From a virus: a stretch of 64,000 nucleotides of DNA. This document shows positions 1 through 9,489 of the stretch, in pieces. The notes beneath the pieces are model-generated. The model searched no databases. It saw only the letters and a list, made by a program, of their open reading frames with translations, and was not told where the DNA came from. The translations under genes were made by a program, and so were the position numbers. Each line of letters starts with the position of its first letter. The stretch's first letter is position 1. Location of the stretch: IMG/VR virus record IMGVR_UViG_3300000233_000008, positions 4,200 through 68,199 of that record. One strand, given 5' to 3'.

Positions 1-2
1 TT

Positions 3-293
3 ATCCATAACTGCTTCAACGATTTTGACTTTCGCAACAACGATGTATTTCGTTCTACTTTAGAACCACTTTACTATTTTTGCAGAGACAAAATCCATGC
101 TATGGATACCGCTACAGGACATAAAAGAATGACTATTGAGCATTCAATTATGAAAAGCGCAGAAAAATTAGCAAAAACCAAAATCACTGATGGGTTGTAC
201 TTTCTCACTACTTCTGATTATTCTGGTGCTGTTTACAGAGCCAGAAAACTCGACCAAAATTTTTACTATGACCTCAGAAAGGCTATACTATGA
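3..293 (+). CDS. Hypothetical protein, 5'-truncated by window edge
   Basis: Frame is open from position 3 through ATG102 to TGA293; stop overlaps next ATG (ATGA). Confidence 0.6.
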   Translation: MHNCFNDFDFRNNDVFRSTLEPLYYFCRDKIHAMDTATGHKRMTIEHSIMKSAEKLAKTKITDGLYFLTTSDYSGAVYRARKLDQNFYYDLRKAIL

Positions 294-547
294 CTCAAAA
301 AGCTGTTAATTCAACTTCTGATGAACGCGTTGTTAATAATGGCGCACGGCATCAATACAGAGTGCTTACTGATGAAGAAAAAGCTCTCATTACAAACATC
401 AAAGATAAAGCACTTGAATTAGAAAATCTGATTCGCTCATCAGGTGAGAGTCCCTCTTATGCAGGAGTTTCCACAAAAAAATCTAGCATTGCTATTACCA
501 ATTTGCAGCAAGCCACTATGTGGGCTGTTCGCGGCATTACTAACTAA
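290..547 (+). CDS. acb2: Acb2/Tad1-like cyclic-nucleotide sponge (anti-CBASS) protein
   Basis: 85 aa helical hairpin; HQYRVLTDEEKALITNIKDKALELENLI ... AITNLQQATMWAVRGIT matches the Acb2/T4 Vs.4 pattern as recalled (Y-x-x-(L/H)...(I/V)K ... A-x-T-x-L-x-x-A-x-M-W-A-x-R). Confidence 0.72.
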   Translation: MTQKAVNSTSDERVVNNGARHQYRVLTDEEKALITNIKDKALELENLIRSSGESPSYAGVSTKKSSIAITNLQQATMWAVRGITN

Positions 548-586
548 TCTGTTTCTTGGTTTCAACGCGCATATAAAGGAAATGTA

Positions 587-868
587 ATGCGTCCTACTAC
601 TCCCGTTAAACGCCCTATTCTGGCACTCCCTACTGACCCAAATTTTGTCATTCGTGATTTCCGTCAAGAACAAGACAACTACGCTCGACTTGATAACTTT
701 ATCAAAAGCAAGCGTCCCTTGAAAGTCAAGACTATGCAAGAATTGGCTTTTGCTCTTGGTGTTACTACCCATCGATTTACTGTACCTGTATTGAATGCTA
801 TTATTCAACAGCGCCCTCCTTTGTACGCTATGAAATATTACGCAAATCAAATTTTCAACACCAAATAA
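587..868 (+). CDS. Hypothetical protein, possible HTH
   Basis: AAGGA RBS; MQELAFALGVTTHRF resembles a helix-turn-helix; followed by terminator. Confidence 0.6.
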   Translation: MRPTTPVKRPILALPTDPNFVIRDFRQEQDNYARLDNFIKSKRPLKVKTMQELAFALGVTTHRFTVPVLNAIIQQRPPLYAMKYYANQIFNTK

Positions 869-887
869 ATTACACAAAAATTGATTT

Positions 888-924
888 AAGCCAGTGTGGG
901 GGTAACCCTATGCTGGCTTTTTTT
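888..924 (+). terminator. Rho-independent terminator
   Basis: AAGCCAGTGTGGG-GGTAA-CCCTATGCTGGCTT stem followed by T run. Confidence 0.75.
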
Positions 925-973
925 TATTACTCTGCTCAAATCGTTTTGCCCATTTTATGTGAGGTATTCCACT

Positions 974-1456
974 ATGGCACAAATTGACTACACCTTTGAT
1001 GATGTTCTGCTTGAACTTGGCCTTGAAGAAGATATTCTCATGAGAGACTATGAAGCCAACAAAGAACTCAATCAATCCAAAGATACTATTGTCGTTAGCG
1101 TATTTACTAACGGCCAAAGCTACACAAGCATGTTTGCTAATGCCGATGAAGCTAATGACTACGTTAAATCCATTGTTGGTGAATCCATCCCTGAAACTGC
1201 TAAATCTCATTTGGCAGCCAAAGACAACAAAACTCTTTTTAGAATTTTGGAAGTCCTTCCCAACTCCGATAAAATTTACATGTACTCCAAGGGTCAAATG
1301 ATTATCTTTGACACTTTTCAAGAAATGGTAGCAACAATGTTTACTATTAATCTTGGTTACGGTGCTGTATCTTTTGATGGTGATTCCGTACACTCGTTCA
1401 CTACCCAAGAACAACTCGCTTCTTTGGTTATGGCTAACTTTCAACTAGGAAATTAA
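974..1456 (+). CDS. Hypothetical protein
   Basis: GAGG RBS before ATG974; the GTG896 start in the ORF track runs through the terminator and is unlikely. Confidence 0.7.
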   Translation: MAQIDYTFDDVLLELGLEEDILMRDYEANKELNQSKDTIVVSVFTNGQSYTSMFANADEANDYVKSIVGESIPETAKSHLAAKDNKTLFRILEVLPNSDKIYMYSKGQMIIFDTFQEMVATMFTINLGYGAVSFDGDSVHSFTTQEQLASLVMANFQLGN

Positions 1457-1457
1457 T

Positions 1458-2486
1458 ATGCTTTTTAAGCACTCCCCAACAGAAACCGAAGAAGCAGTTA
1501 TCGAATGCCTTAAAGCTGAGCTGGTTCCTTTTATCCAGTCCAGCCCTGGCCTTGGAAAATCTAGCATTGTTCGTGGCATTGCTTCCAAAGCTAACTACAA
1601 GCTTATTGACGTACGCCTCTCGCAATGCGCGCCAGAAGACCTCATGGGCCTTCCTATGAAGATTGATACACCTAATGGTGTTCGCTCTGCTTTTATCCCC
1701 TTCACAACTTTTCCTATTGAAGGCGATAGTCTTCCTGAAGGTAAAGATGGTTGGATTTTGTTTTTGGATGAGTTTAACTCTGCCCCAAAATCTGTCCAAG
1801 CAGCTGCTTATAAACTCATTCTTGACCGTGAAGTTGGCCAAGCCAAACTCCACCCAAAAGTAAAAGTTGTAGCAGCCGGCAACCTGAATACAGATAAAGC
1901 TATTGTTAACAGTCTTAGCACTGCAATGCAATCTCGTGTTATCCACGTTATTATGGAAAGCAATCTTAAAGACTGGTCTGATTATGCAGCAAAAGCTGGA
2001 TTCGACCATAGAATTTTAGCTTTCCTAAACTTTGCTCCGCAGAATCTACACAACTTCAACCCTGACCACCAAGACAAAACATTTGCTTGCCCAAGAACTT
2101 GGGAATTTTGCAGCAGACTTATCAAAAATAAAGAAGCTGATAAAATCAATCTTAAACTTGTCGCAGGTACTATCGGTGAAGGTGTAGCTGTTGAATTCCA
2201 TGCATTCTTGGAAGAGTTTGCTAATCTGCCAAATTATGCAGATATTGTCAAACATCCTATGAATGTCGAAGTGCCAAGCAGAGTATCCACAAAGTACGCT
2301 GTCGTTTCTATGCTTGCTTACTCTTTGAAAATTGAAGATTTTGAATCTGTTGTTCAATACGTTAATCGTATGACAAAAGAATTCCAAGTCATCTTCTATC
2401 GTCAAGCCTCCGGCAGACAACCCAAACTCCAAAGAAATCCAAGCTACGTCTCGGCAACTTCTAAACTCTTAAACGAAATCATGTGA
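1458..2486 (+). CDS. AAA+ ATPase (MoxR-like; N4 gp24-like)
   Basis: Walker A SSPGLGKS, Walker B ILFLDEFN, VVAAGN, sensor/Arg finger STAMQSR, CPRTWE. Confidence 0.9.
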   Translation: MLFKHSPTETEEAVIECLKAELVPFIQSSPGLGKSSIVRGIASKANYKLIDVRLSQCAPEDLMGLPMKIDTPNGVRSAFIPFTTFPIEGDSLPEGKDGWILFLDEFNSAPKSVQAAAYKLILDREVGQAKLHPKVKVVAAGNLNTDKAIVNSLSTAMQSRVIHVIMESNLKDWSDYAAKAGFDHRILAFLNFAPQNLHNFNPDHQDKTFACPRTWEFCSRLIKNKEADKINLKLVAGTIGEGVAVEFHAFLEEFANLPNYADIVKHPMNVEVPSRVSTKYAVVSMLAYSLKIEDFESVVQYVNRMTKEFQVIFYRQASGRQPKLQRNPSYVSATSKLLNEIM

Positions 2487-2493
2487 GGTCACT

Positions 2494-2727
2494 ATGACTA
2501 AACCTACCATCTACGTTGGAGACTTTGTAAAATTTATTAACACTACAGAAGATAATAAAGATTCTGTTTACGAAGTCTTCTTCAAAAGAGCACAAATCGA
2601 CACAGGTCCTCTGGGTGATTGGCCTGCCGCTTTTGAATTGCAGCTGAGGCCTTTGGATCTCAGCGCCCAATGTATTTGGGCTTACGAAAACGAAGTGGAG
2701 CACATTCAATATGACGAATCCCTTTGA
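2494..2727 (+). CDS. Hypothetical protein
   Basis: GAGG RBS; fills the gap between the AAA and vWA genes. Confidence 0.65.
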   Translation: MTKPTIYVGDFVKFINTTEDNKDSVYEVFFKRAQIDTGPLGDWPAAFELQLRPLDLSAQCIWAYENEVEHIQYDESL

Positions 2728-3907
2728 TCATATCAAAAGCCTTCCAATTCCCGATGAATCAGTATTAAACGAGCTTCTTAATAAAACAAAAGCTCGTTTA
2801 TTCTTTAAGAATAACTCTGCATTCTTAGGTTCTTTGCTATGCGACCATAATTACATTTGGGATGACACTGTTGATACGGCTTGGTGTAATGGTTCTACCA
2901 TTGGATGGAATCCACACTTCTTTCACTGGCTTACAGATGAAGAACGTATTACAGTCTTAGCCCATGAATTGTTTCATACTGGCTTTGACCATCTTACAAG
3001 ATTTGGTGAAAGACACCACGAAACATGGAACCAAGCAGCCGATTTTATCATCAATAACCACCTACAAAAAAGTGGTTTTCTTTTTGGCGATAAGCTAATG
3101 TCCTTGGAACCTTGCTTGGATCAGTCTCTTCCAGATATGACAACCGAGCAGTTATATGCCTTGCTTTATAAGCAAAACCCGCCTCAACAAGGCAACGGTC
3201 AGCCGAGCTCTTCTAATGGCTCTGGTGATCCTCAGGCAGGCAAAGGATGGGCTGATATTAAGCAGTCTACCTTAACACCTACCCAACAAGTAACCAAGAT
3301 GGTTAAGGCAACCCAAGCGGCCCAAGTGGCAAAACAAGCAGGTGCAATCCCTGGCGAAATTGCTACTATGATTGATAAGTTCCTTAATCCAAAACTACCT
3401 TGGTATGTTATCCTTTCTCAGCATATGTCTGAAATCAACAAAGAAGACTTCAGCTGGAAAAGACCTAACAGAAAATATGATGATGAGTATCTTCCATCTC
3501 TTTACTCCGAAGACAGACTTACCCATATTAGTTACTACCTTGACGTCTCTGGTTCGGTTACCGATGAACAAATCCGCTTCTTTAATACCGAAGTAAAATT
3601 TATTCATGAAAATCTGCAACCAGAAAAACTTACTCTTGCTACTTTTGACACCAAAATTAGAGATGTGTATGAATTCACCGAAGACATGCCATTTGACAAA
3701 ATTGAAGTTCACGGAAGAGGTGGTACAGATTTAAACGCGGTTTATCGTCACATTGTTGACAATAAACCAAGTGTAGCAGTTGTCTTTACAGACCATTACT
3801 GCTACCCTATGACGGATCCAAAAATTCCAGTTATCTGGATTATTATTGGAAACCCGAAACTTGTCGTACCTTATGGTATGGTAATTCACGTAGAGGATGA
3901 TCTATGA
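2711..3907 (+). CDS. Metallopeptidase-like plus vWA domain protein (N4 gp25-like)
   Basis: HExxH (AHELFHTGFDH), low-complexity Q/G/S linker, MIDAS motif YYLDVSGS, GRGGTD; paired with AAA ATPase. Confidence 0.88.
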   Translation: MTNPFDHIKSLPIPDESVLNELLNKTKARLFFKNNSAFLGSLLCDHNYIWDDTVDTAWCNGSTIGWNPHFFHWLTDEERITVLAHELFHTGFDHLTRFGERHHETWNQAADFIINNHLQKSGFLFGDKLMSLEPCLDQSLPDMTTEQLYALLYKQNPPQQGNGQPSSSNGSGDPQAGKGWADIKQSTLTPTQQVTKMVKATQAAQVAKQAGAIPGEIATMIDKFLNPKLPWYVILSQHMSEINKEDFSWKRPNRKYDDEYLPSLYSEDRLTHISYYLDVSGSVTDEQIRFFNTEVKFIHENLQPEKLTLATFDTKIRDVYEFTEDMPFDKIEVHGRGGTDLNAVYRHIVDNKPSVAVVFTDHYCYPMTDPKIPVIWIIIGNPKLVVPYGMVIHVEDDL

Positions 3908-4611
3908 ACAACACTATGAAACTACAGCTTATACTTCAAAGTCTAGGCTTTGACCCAGGGCCTCTTGATGGCATTCCAGGTCCTATGACACGCAAAGCTC
4001 TTAAAGCATTCCAGGCTTCTTTAAAGCTTGCTGCTACTGGTGAACTCAACACCAGAACTTCTAACGCTCTATTCGGCGTTAAAGAAGGTAGACAAGCTCT
4101 TGTTGTGCCACCTTGGTATGAATATGCCAACACTTTCCTGGGTACTAAAGAAGTAGCCGGTAAAGGCTCCAACTCTACTATTATGGGTTGGGCAAAAGCA
4201 CTTGGTAAAAGCGTTAGCTCTGTATTTACAGATGACGATATTGCTTGGTGTGGTTTGTTTGTTGCGCACGTTATGCAGACAACCAACCCCAATGAACCTA
4301 TTCCTGCTAACCCTCTTGGCGCCCAGCAATGGAACAAATACGGAGAACGCTCCCTAACTCCTTCGTTAGGCGACGTACTCGTTTTCTGGAGAGGTTCTCC
4401 CACATCTTGGAAAGGTCACGTTGGCTTTTACGCCGGCGAGAATGCTACCTCTTACAAAGTACTTGGTGGTAACCAATCCAACAAAATCACTGACGATGCT
4501 TGGATCTCTAAAGACAGACTCATCTCTGCAAGACGCCCAACTGGAAGCATTTACAAAACGCAACCACTTATCCTTACGGCAAGTGGCAAGCTTTCGACCA
4601 ATGAAGCTTAA
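3904..4611 (+). CDS. Endolysin: peptidoglycan-binding domain plus CHAP/NlpC-P60-like (TIGR02594-type) catalytic domain
   Basis: N-terminal LQxxLxxLGFDPGPLDGIPGPMTRKALKAFQ PG-binding motif; catalytic AWCGLFV, KGHVGFY, VLGGNQSN. Confidence 0.85.
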   Translation: MNNTMKLQLILQSLGFDPGPLDGIPGPMTRKALKAFQASLKLAATGELNTRTSNALFGVKEGRQALVVPPWYEYANTFLGTKEVAGKGSNSTIMGWAKALGKSVSSVFTDDDIAWCGLFVAHVMQTTNPNEPIPANPLGAQQWNKYGERSLTPSLGDVLVFWRGSPTSWKGHVGFYAGENATSYKVLGGNQSNKITDDAWISKDRLISARRPTGSIYKTQPLILTASGKLSTNEA

Positions 4612-4614
4612 AAT

Positions 4615-4641
4615 AGTAGCGGAGCAATCCGCTACTTTTTA
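4615..4641 (+). terminator. Rho-independent terminator
   Basis: AGTAGCGGA-GCAA-TCCGCTACT followed by TTTT, after the endolysin. Confidence 0.8.
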
Positions 4642-4653
4642 TTAAGGAATACC

Positions 4654-5970
4654 ATGACCCAACTGAATACCGAACAGCAAGAAGCAGTAGAACGCTTTTT
4701 TGCTTTTATGCTTTCAGATGCTCGTTTTTTTGGCTTGTCTGGCAAAGCCGGTACAGGTAAAACATATTTAGCAAAGCATCTTATTGAATGCGCCCAAAAC
4801 AAGTACCAAAAGTACTGCCAACTTGTAAATATTCCTCAGAATATCAAAACCATTAAACTCTGCGCAACAACTAATAAAGCTTGTAAGCAGCTTCAAAAAG
4901 AATTCCCTACAGCTGATATTACTACAATTCATAGCTATCTGGGACTAAAAGTAGTAGAAGATAACAGAACAGGCAAGTCTCATCTTGTACCTGAGCCAGC
5001 TATCATTACCAGAGAAAACCATCTATTACTTATTGATGAAGTTTCAATGATTGACCAAGAGCTTATGGATTACATTCATAACAACTTTGCCGATTCTAAA
5101 ATCATTTTAATGGGCGATATTGCTCAGCTACCACCTGTCGGCTCTTTTCATATGCCGGCTTTTAATTCAGTTGATCCCGCGTTTATGGTTTTTTTGACCA
5201 AACAAATGCGCAATCTAAGCCAGCCTACTCTACAAAACACTTGCGATACTCTTAGAGCGTTTGTAGTAGATGGCTCATTGCCTACTATTAATCCTCAAAG
5301 CGGTGTTTTAGAAGTACTATCAGAAATTGATTTTCTCAAAAAAATCACTGATACTTTCGATGCTAATTTAGCCTCTTCGGTTATTCTTACGTACACCAAC
5401 AAAAAGGCTTTACAATATGACGATCACATCAATAAGACTTGCCATAGCAATAGTGACTACTATGTTGTTGGGAAGGGTTACTTCTCTAATTCGTACATTC
5501 CTCTTAAGCAGCCACCTAACGGAAATGCTATTATTCATACTGATGATTTTGTTTCTCTCTCTGCTTTAAGCCCTACAGCACGTTCGAGCAAAGAGTTTTA
5601 TCAATCTTTTGATTTAAGTGGCATTACTGAATTCAACTTCAAAGCAGCCGTACTCAAAACCAGTAATGGTGTGATGTTGGGTACATACGCAGTCCCTCTT
5701 GAAAAGTACAAATGGCAACAAGCTATCAAAGATGCTACCAATTTTAAGAGATGGGCGCTTGTAAGTAATCTAAAATCAAGCTTTGTGGATTTACGGACTG
5801 GCAATGCTATGACCGTACACAAATCACAAGGCTCTACCTTTGATACTGTTTTTATCGACTTAGATGATCTATCCAAAGTCAGAGACAAAAACCAACTCGC
5901 AAGAATGCTTTATGTGGCATTCTCTAGGGCTCAAAACAAAATCTACTGTAAGGGAGACCTTAAACTTTAA
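4654..5970 (+). CDS. SF1 DNA helicase (Dda/RecD-like; N4 gp37-like)
   Basis: Walker A SGKAGTGKT, LLIDEVSM, MGDIAQLPPV, TVHKSQGSTFD, LYVAFSRA. Confidence 0.92.
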   Translation: MTQLNTEQQEAVERFFAFMLSDARFFGLSGKAGTGKTYLAKHLIECAQNKYQKYCQLVNIPQNIKTIKLCATTNKACKQLQKEFPTADITTIHSYLGLKVVEDNRTGKSHLVPEPAIITRENHLLLIDEVSMIDQELMDYIHNNFADSKIILMGDIAQLPPVGSFHMPAFNSVDPAFMVFLTKQMRNLSQPTLQNTCDTLRAFVVDGSLPTINPQSGVLEVLSEIDFLKKITDTFDANLASSVILTYTNKKALQYDDHINKTCHSNSDYYVVGKGYFSNSYIPLKQPPNGNAIIHTDDFVSLSALSPTARSSKEFYQSFDLSGITEFNFKAAVLKTSNGVMLGTYAVPLEKYKWQQAIKDATNFKRWALVSNLKSSFVDLRTGNAMTVHKSQGSTFDTVFIDLDDLSKVRDKNQLARMLYVAFSRAQNKIYCKGDLKL

Positions 5971-5979
5971 GGTAAAACC

Positions 5980-6486
5980 ATGAATATTATTGAAACTAAA
6001 GCAGTTACAGAAAGGTTTATTCAAGAACTTTTTGAAAAAAAGCATATATCATTGATACAACAAACCTGCGCTTTAGCTGAAAGAAATTTTCAACTTAACC
6101 CAGCAGCATCAAAAGGTTTTGTTTACAAAGGTACCTTTTATCCTATTTATCCAGGACAGAAGTTAACAGAACGCAAAAACTTTGCTTTCATTGATCCATC
6201 TCTTAAACCAGAGATGGATGAAATTTATGAAGAAATTAGACTAAGCGAGAACGAAAGATCCAATCTTCGCAATTACATCAATAGTATGATGCTATTATGT
6301 GAAGGATGGCAAGACGTTAGAAATGCTTTGCCTGAAACAGCAAAGCTTCTTATTCAAGAGATTTCTACTCTCGAACGCACAGGCCCAGAAGGCATGTTGT
6401 TTGACAGAGACCCACAGAAATCCTTGAAAGTCTATGAACGTTTTAAGGCTTTGTTTGATTTCTACATTGTTGTAAGTCAGATATAA
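5980..6486 (+). CDS. Conserved hypothetical protein (N4 helicase-polymerase slot)
   Basis: AAGG RBS; stop overlaps polymerase start. Confidence 0.7.
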   Translation: MNIIETKAVTERFIQELFEKKHISLIQQTCALAERNFQLNPAASKGFVYKGTFYPIYPGQKLTERKNFAFIDPSLKPEMDEIYEEIRLSENERSNLRNYINSMMLLCEGWQDVRNALPETAKLLIQEISTLERTGPEGMLFDRDPQKSLKVYERFKALFDFYIVVSQI

Positions 6487-9077
6487 TGAAATACTACTAC
6501 TATTCTGAAAATCCTCAATCTCAATATTCAATTGCTATTGTATCTACAACTGTAGACATGCAACTTATTAACAAAGAGTACATTGACGGTCATTTCAATA
6601 AAGATGACGTAGTAGTATTACAACTTCAAACTGACAAGGCAAAGCCAACTTCTACTTTTCAGAAAACTTTTTTACAGGATTTAATCCCTGTATTAAATCA
6701 ATTTGTTACTAAATTTTTAATCTGTACATCTTCTGATTATTTTAAAACACTTACTGGCTTAACTAAAGCAGACCCTTATGTCGGCTACTCTATGCCTCTC
6801 AAATTCCCCAAGGAATTTGAAGGCACCATGCAAGTATTTTACGTTCCAACGTATAAACAGCTGTTTTATAACCCAGATAAAACACGTTTTAAAATCACTC
6901 AGGGTATCCAAGCTGTAAAAGATAAACTTACTGGTGTATACCAACCACCCGGTTCTTTTACTATCAACCCAGCAAGCTATCTTTATACGTTTGAAGACAT
7001 CAGAAAAGCTCTTAAAGGCTTAATTGATTCTAATGCAGATGTTGCTTGCGACATTGAAACCTTTTCTTTAAAGTTTCACAAAGCCAAATTAGGCACTATT
7101 GGATTTGCCACAGACCAGTCTAATGGGTTTGTTTTTCCTGTTGATTTTCACACAGATAAACACCTCATTAGACAGCTTTTAAAAGAGTTTTTTACACTAT
7201 TTAAAGGCAAGCTCATATTCCATAACATTAGTTATGACGTTAGCGTTCTCATTTACGAACTCTACATGAATGACGTGGTAGATACAGAAGGTCTGCTGTA
7301 TGGATTAGATGTATTCTTTAATAGGCCTTGGGACGATACAAAGCTTATTGCTTATCTCGCAACTAACACTTGCGCAGGTAATGAGCTCGGTCTTAAACCA
7401 CAGTCCCAAGAATTCTCTGGCAATTATGCTAAAGAAGACATTAAAGATATCAATCTAATACCACTTTCAGATCTATTAGAATACAACCTAATAGATTGCT
7501 TCTCTACTTGGTATGTTTACAATAAACATTATCAAACAATCATTGACGACAACCAATTAGACATTTATGAAAATCTGTTTAAGCCGGCTATTGTAGACAT
7601 CGTTCAGATGCAGCTCACTGGCTTGCCTATTGATATGGATAAAGTAAAGGCTGCTAAAGCCGAATTGGAAATCATTTCTGATAACTACTTAAACCAAATC
7701 AATAATAACAGAATCATTCAGAATTTTGTGTTAGAGCTACAGCAAGACCACGTTAATAAACGTAATGCTGCTCTTAAAACAAAACAGATTGGTTTAACAG
7801 ATGCTGAAACCCTTGCTATTACATTCAATAGCAATTCAGCACCTCAAAAGCAACAGCTCTTGTATGATTACATTGGTTTACCTGTAATCGCTTACACAAA
7901 AAGCAAGCAACCTGCTACAGACGCAGACACCTTAGAAAAACTTATCAGCACTACCAATAAACCAGAAGTCATTGATCTTATTAAAGCTCTCCTTGGCTTT
8001 ACTGCCGTAGACAAAATCTATACCACGTTTATTCCAGCAATGGAAGAAGCCGTACAAGATTCTAACGGTGATTATTGGTTGTTTGGCAATTTTAACTTGG
8101 GTGGAACTGTTTCAGGAAGATTAAGCTCTTCAGGTCCTAATCTGCAAACAATACCTTCTACTGGTACTATCTATGCAAAGCTTATTAAAGATTGTATTAT
8201 AGCACCCAAAGGATGGGTATTTGTTGGTTTGGATTTCGACTCCCTTGAAGATAAGATCTCTGCTTTAATTACAAGAGACCCAAACAAGCTTAAAGTGTAC
8301 ACAGACGGCTATGATGGTCACTCTCTCAGAGCCTTCTCTTACTTTGGCACGCAGATGGCAGGCATTGACGAAACATCTGTTAAAAGCATCAACTCTATTG
8401 CTGATGTATACCCAGACTTAAGACAGCGCTCTAAAGCTCCTACATTCTTGCTTACTTACGGTGGTACATTCAGAGGTCTTATGGCTAACTGCGGTTTTAC
8501 GCAAGATGAAGCCGTAAACATTGAAACCAAGTACCATAATCTTTACCAAGTAAGCGACCAATGGGTAGCTGCCAGAATTGCTGAAGCCGCTAACACTGGC
8601 TATATTACCGGAGCATTTGGTTTGCGTGTCAGAACACCTATAACCAAACAAACTGTTCGAGGAACTTCTAAAACGCCGTATGAAGCAGAATCTGAAGCCA
8701 GAACAGCCGGTAATGCTTTGGGTCAATCCTGGTGCTTGTTGAATACAAGAGCCGGCATCCAATTTATGAATGTAGTAAGGGCATCAAAATATCGTTTAGA
8801 TATCAGACCTTGTGCCCACATTCACGATGCCCAGTATTATCTCGTTAGGGAAAATCCTGAAATCTTATTATATCTTAACGACAAATTGGTTGAAGCCGTT
8901 TCTTGGCAAGAACACCCTCTTATCGTACACGATAAAGTTAAGCTTTCAGGTAAGCTCTCTGTATTCTACCCAAGTTGGGCGTATAGCTTTAACCTACCAA
9001 ACCACTGTAACGAAGCAACTCTTTATGAATGCATTGCTACTCATAAAGACAATCTCAAAAAGAAAGACATACGATGA
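6486..9077 (+). CDS. Family A DNA polymerase (N4 gp39-like)
   Basis: Exonuclease ACDIETFS, HNISYD; TVSGRLSSSGPNLQTIP; motif A DFDSLE, motif B RQRSKAPTFLLTYGG, motif C HIHDAQY. Confidence 0.95.
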   Translation: MKYYYYSENPQSQYSIAIVSTTVDMQLINKEYIDGHFNKDDVVVLQLQTDKAKPTSTFQKTFLQDLIPVLNQFVTKFLICTSSDYFKTLTGLTKADPYVGYSMPLKFPKEFEGTMQVFYVPTYKQLFYNPDKTRFKITQGIQAVKDKLTGVYQPPGSFTINPASYLYTFEDIRKALKGLIDSNADVACDIETFSLKFHKAKLGTIGFATDQSNGFVFPVDFHTDKHLIRQLLKEFFTLFKGKLIFHNISYDVSVLIYELYMNDVVDTEGLLYGLDVFFNRPWDDTKLIAYLATNTCAGNELGLKPQSQEFSGNYAKEDIKDINLIPLSDLLEYNLIDCFSTWYVYNKHYQTIIDDNQLDIYENLFKPAIVDIVQMQLTGLPIDMDKVKAAKAELEIISDNYLNQINNNRIIQNFVLELQQDHVNKRNAALKTKQIGLTDAETLAITFNSNSAPQKQQLLYDYIGLPVIAYTKSKQPATDADTLEKLISTTNKPEVIDLIKALLGFTAVDKIYTTFIPAMEEAVQDSNGDYWLFGNFNLGGTVSGRLSSSGPNLQTIPSTGTIYAKLIKDCIIAPKGWVFVGLDFDSLEDKISALITRDPNKLKVYTDGYDGHSLRAFSYFGTQMAGIDETSVKSINSIADVYPDLRQRSKAPTFLLTYGGTFRGLMANCGFTQDEAVNIETKYHNLYQVSDQWVAARIAEAANTGYITGAFGLRVRTPITKQTVRGTSKTPYEAESEARTAGNALGQSWCLLNTRAGIQFMNVVRASKYRLDIRPCAHIHDAQYYLVRENPEILLYLNDKLVEAVSWQEHPLIVHDKVKLSGKLSVFYPSWAYSFNLPNHCNEATLYECIATHKDNLKKKDIR

Positions 9078-9211
9078 CTGAAAAAGCACCAAAAACAAAG
9101 CCAGCAGCTAATGTTGGCCTTAAAGAACTCAGCAAAATTGCTCGAGCTGCTTGGATGAAAAACAATCCAGGTAAAGAACCAAAACCATTAAGAACCAAGA
9201 AGGATAGATAA
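9074..9211 (+). CDS. Small basic protein (45 aa, MTEKAPKTKP...)
   Basis: Read by hand; ATG overlaps the polymerase stop and TAA overlaps the next ATG. Confidence 0.6.
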   Translation: MTEKAPKTKPAANVGLKELSKIARAAWMKNNPGKEPKPLRTKKDR

Positions 9212-9489
9212 TGGACGTTGAAGTTACTGAACCGCAATACAACACAAACTTTTTAGTTACTTATACTGTAACTAACAAAGAAGGCTCCATTCTTATGGGC
9301 AACGCAATTGCAAGCATTACTGGACAATTAGAGTTTATCTCCCTTGATGTAATCCATAATATCAACGCTATTGCGATGGAAACAGCAGTCAAAACTCATG
9401 GTATTGATGTCAAAGACATTGGTCTATTCGTGCTGACTGGACTCATTCCTCTGGGGGCATGTACCTCTGAGGAATTCTTGGCCAAGTAA
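9211..9489 (+). CDS. Hypothetical protein
   Basis: AAGGA RBS; translationally coupled. Confidence 0.65.
   Translation: MDVEVTEPQYNTNFLVTYTVTNKEGSILMGNAIASITGQLEFISLDVIHNINAIAMETAVKTHGIDVKDIGLFVLTGLIPLGACTSEEFLAK

Noticed and set aside
6486-9077. Intron or intein in DNA polymerase, terminase or primase
   Set aside because: All motifs lie in single uninterrupted ORFs of the expected size.
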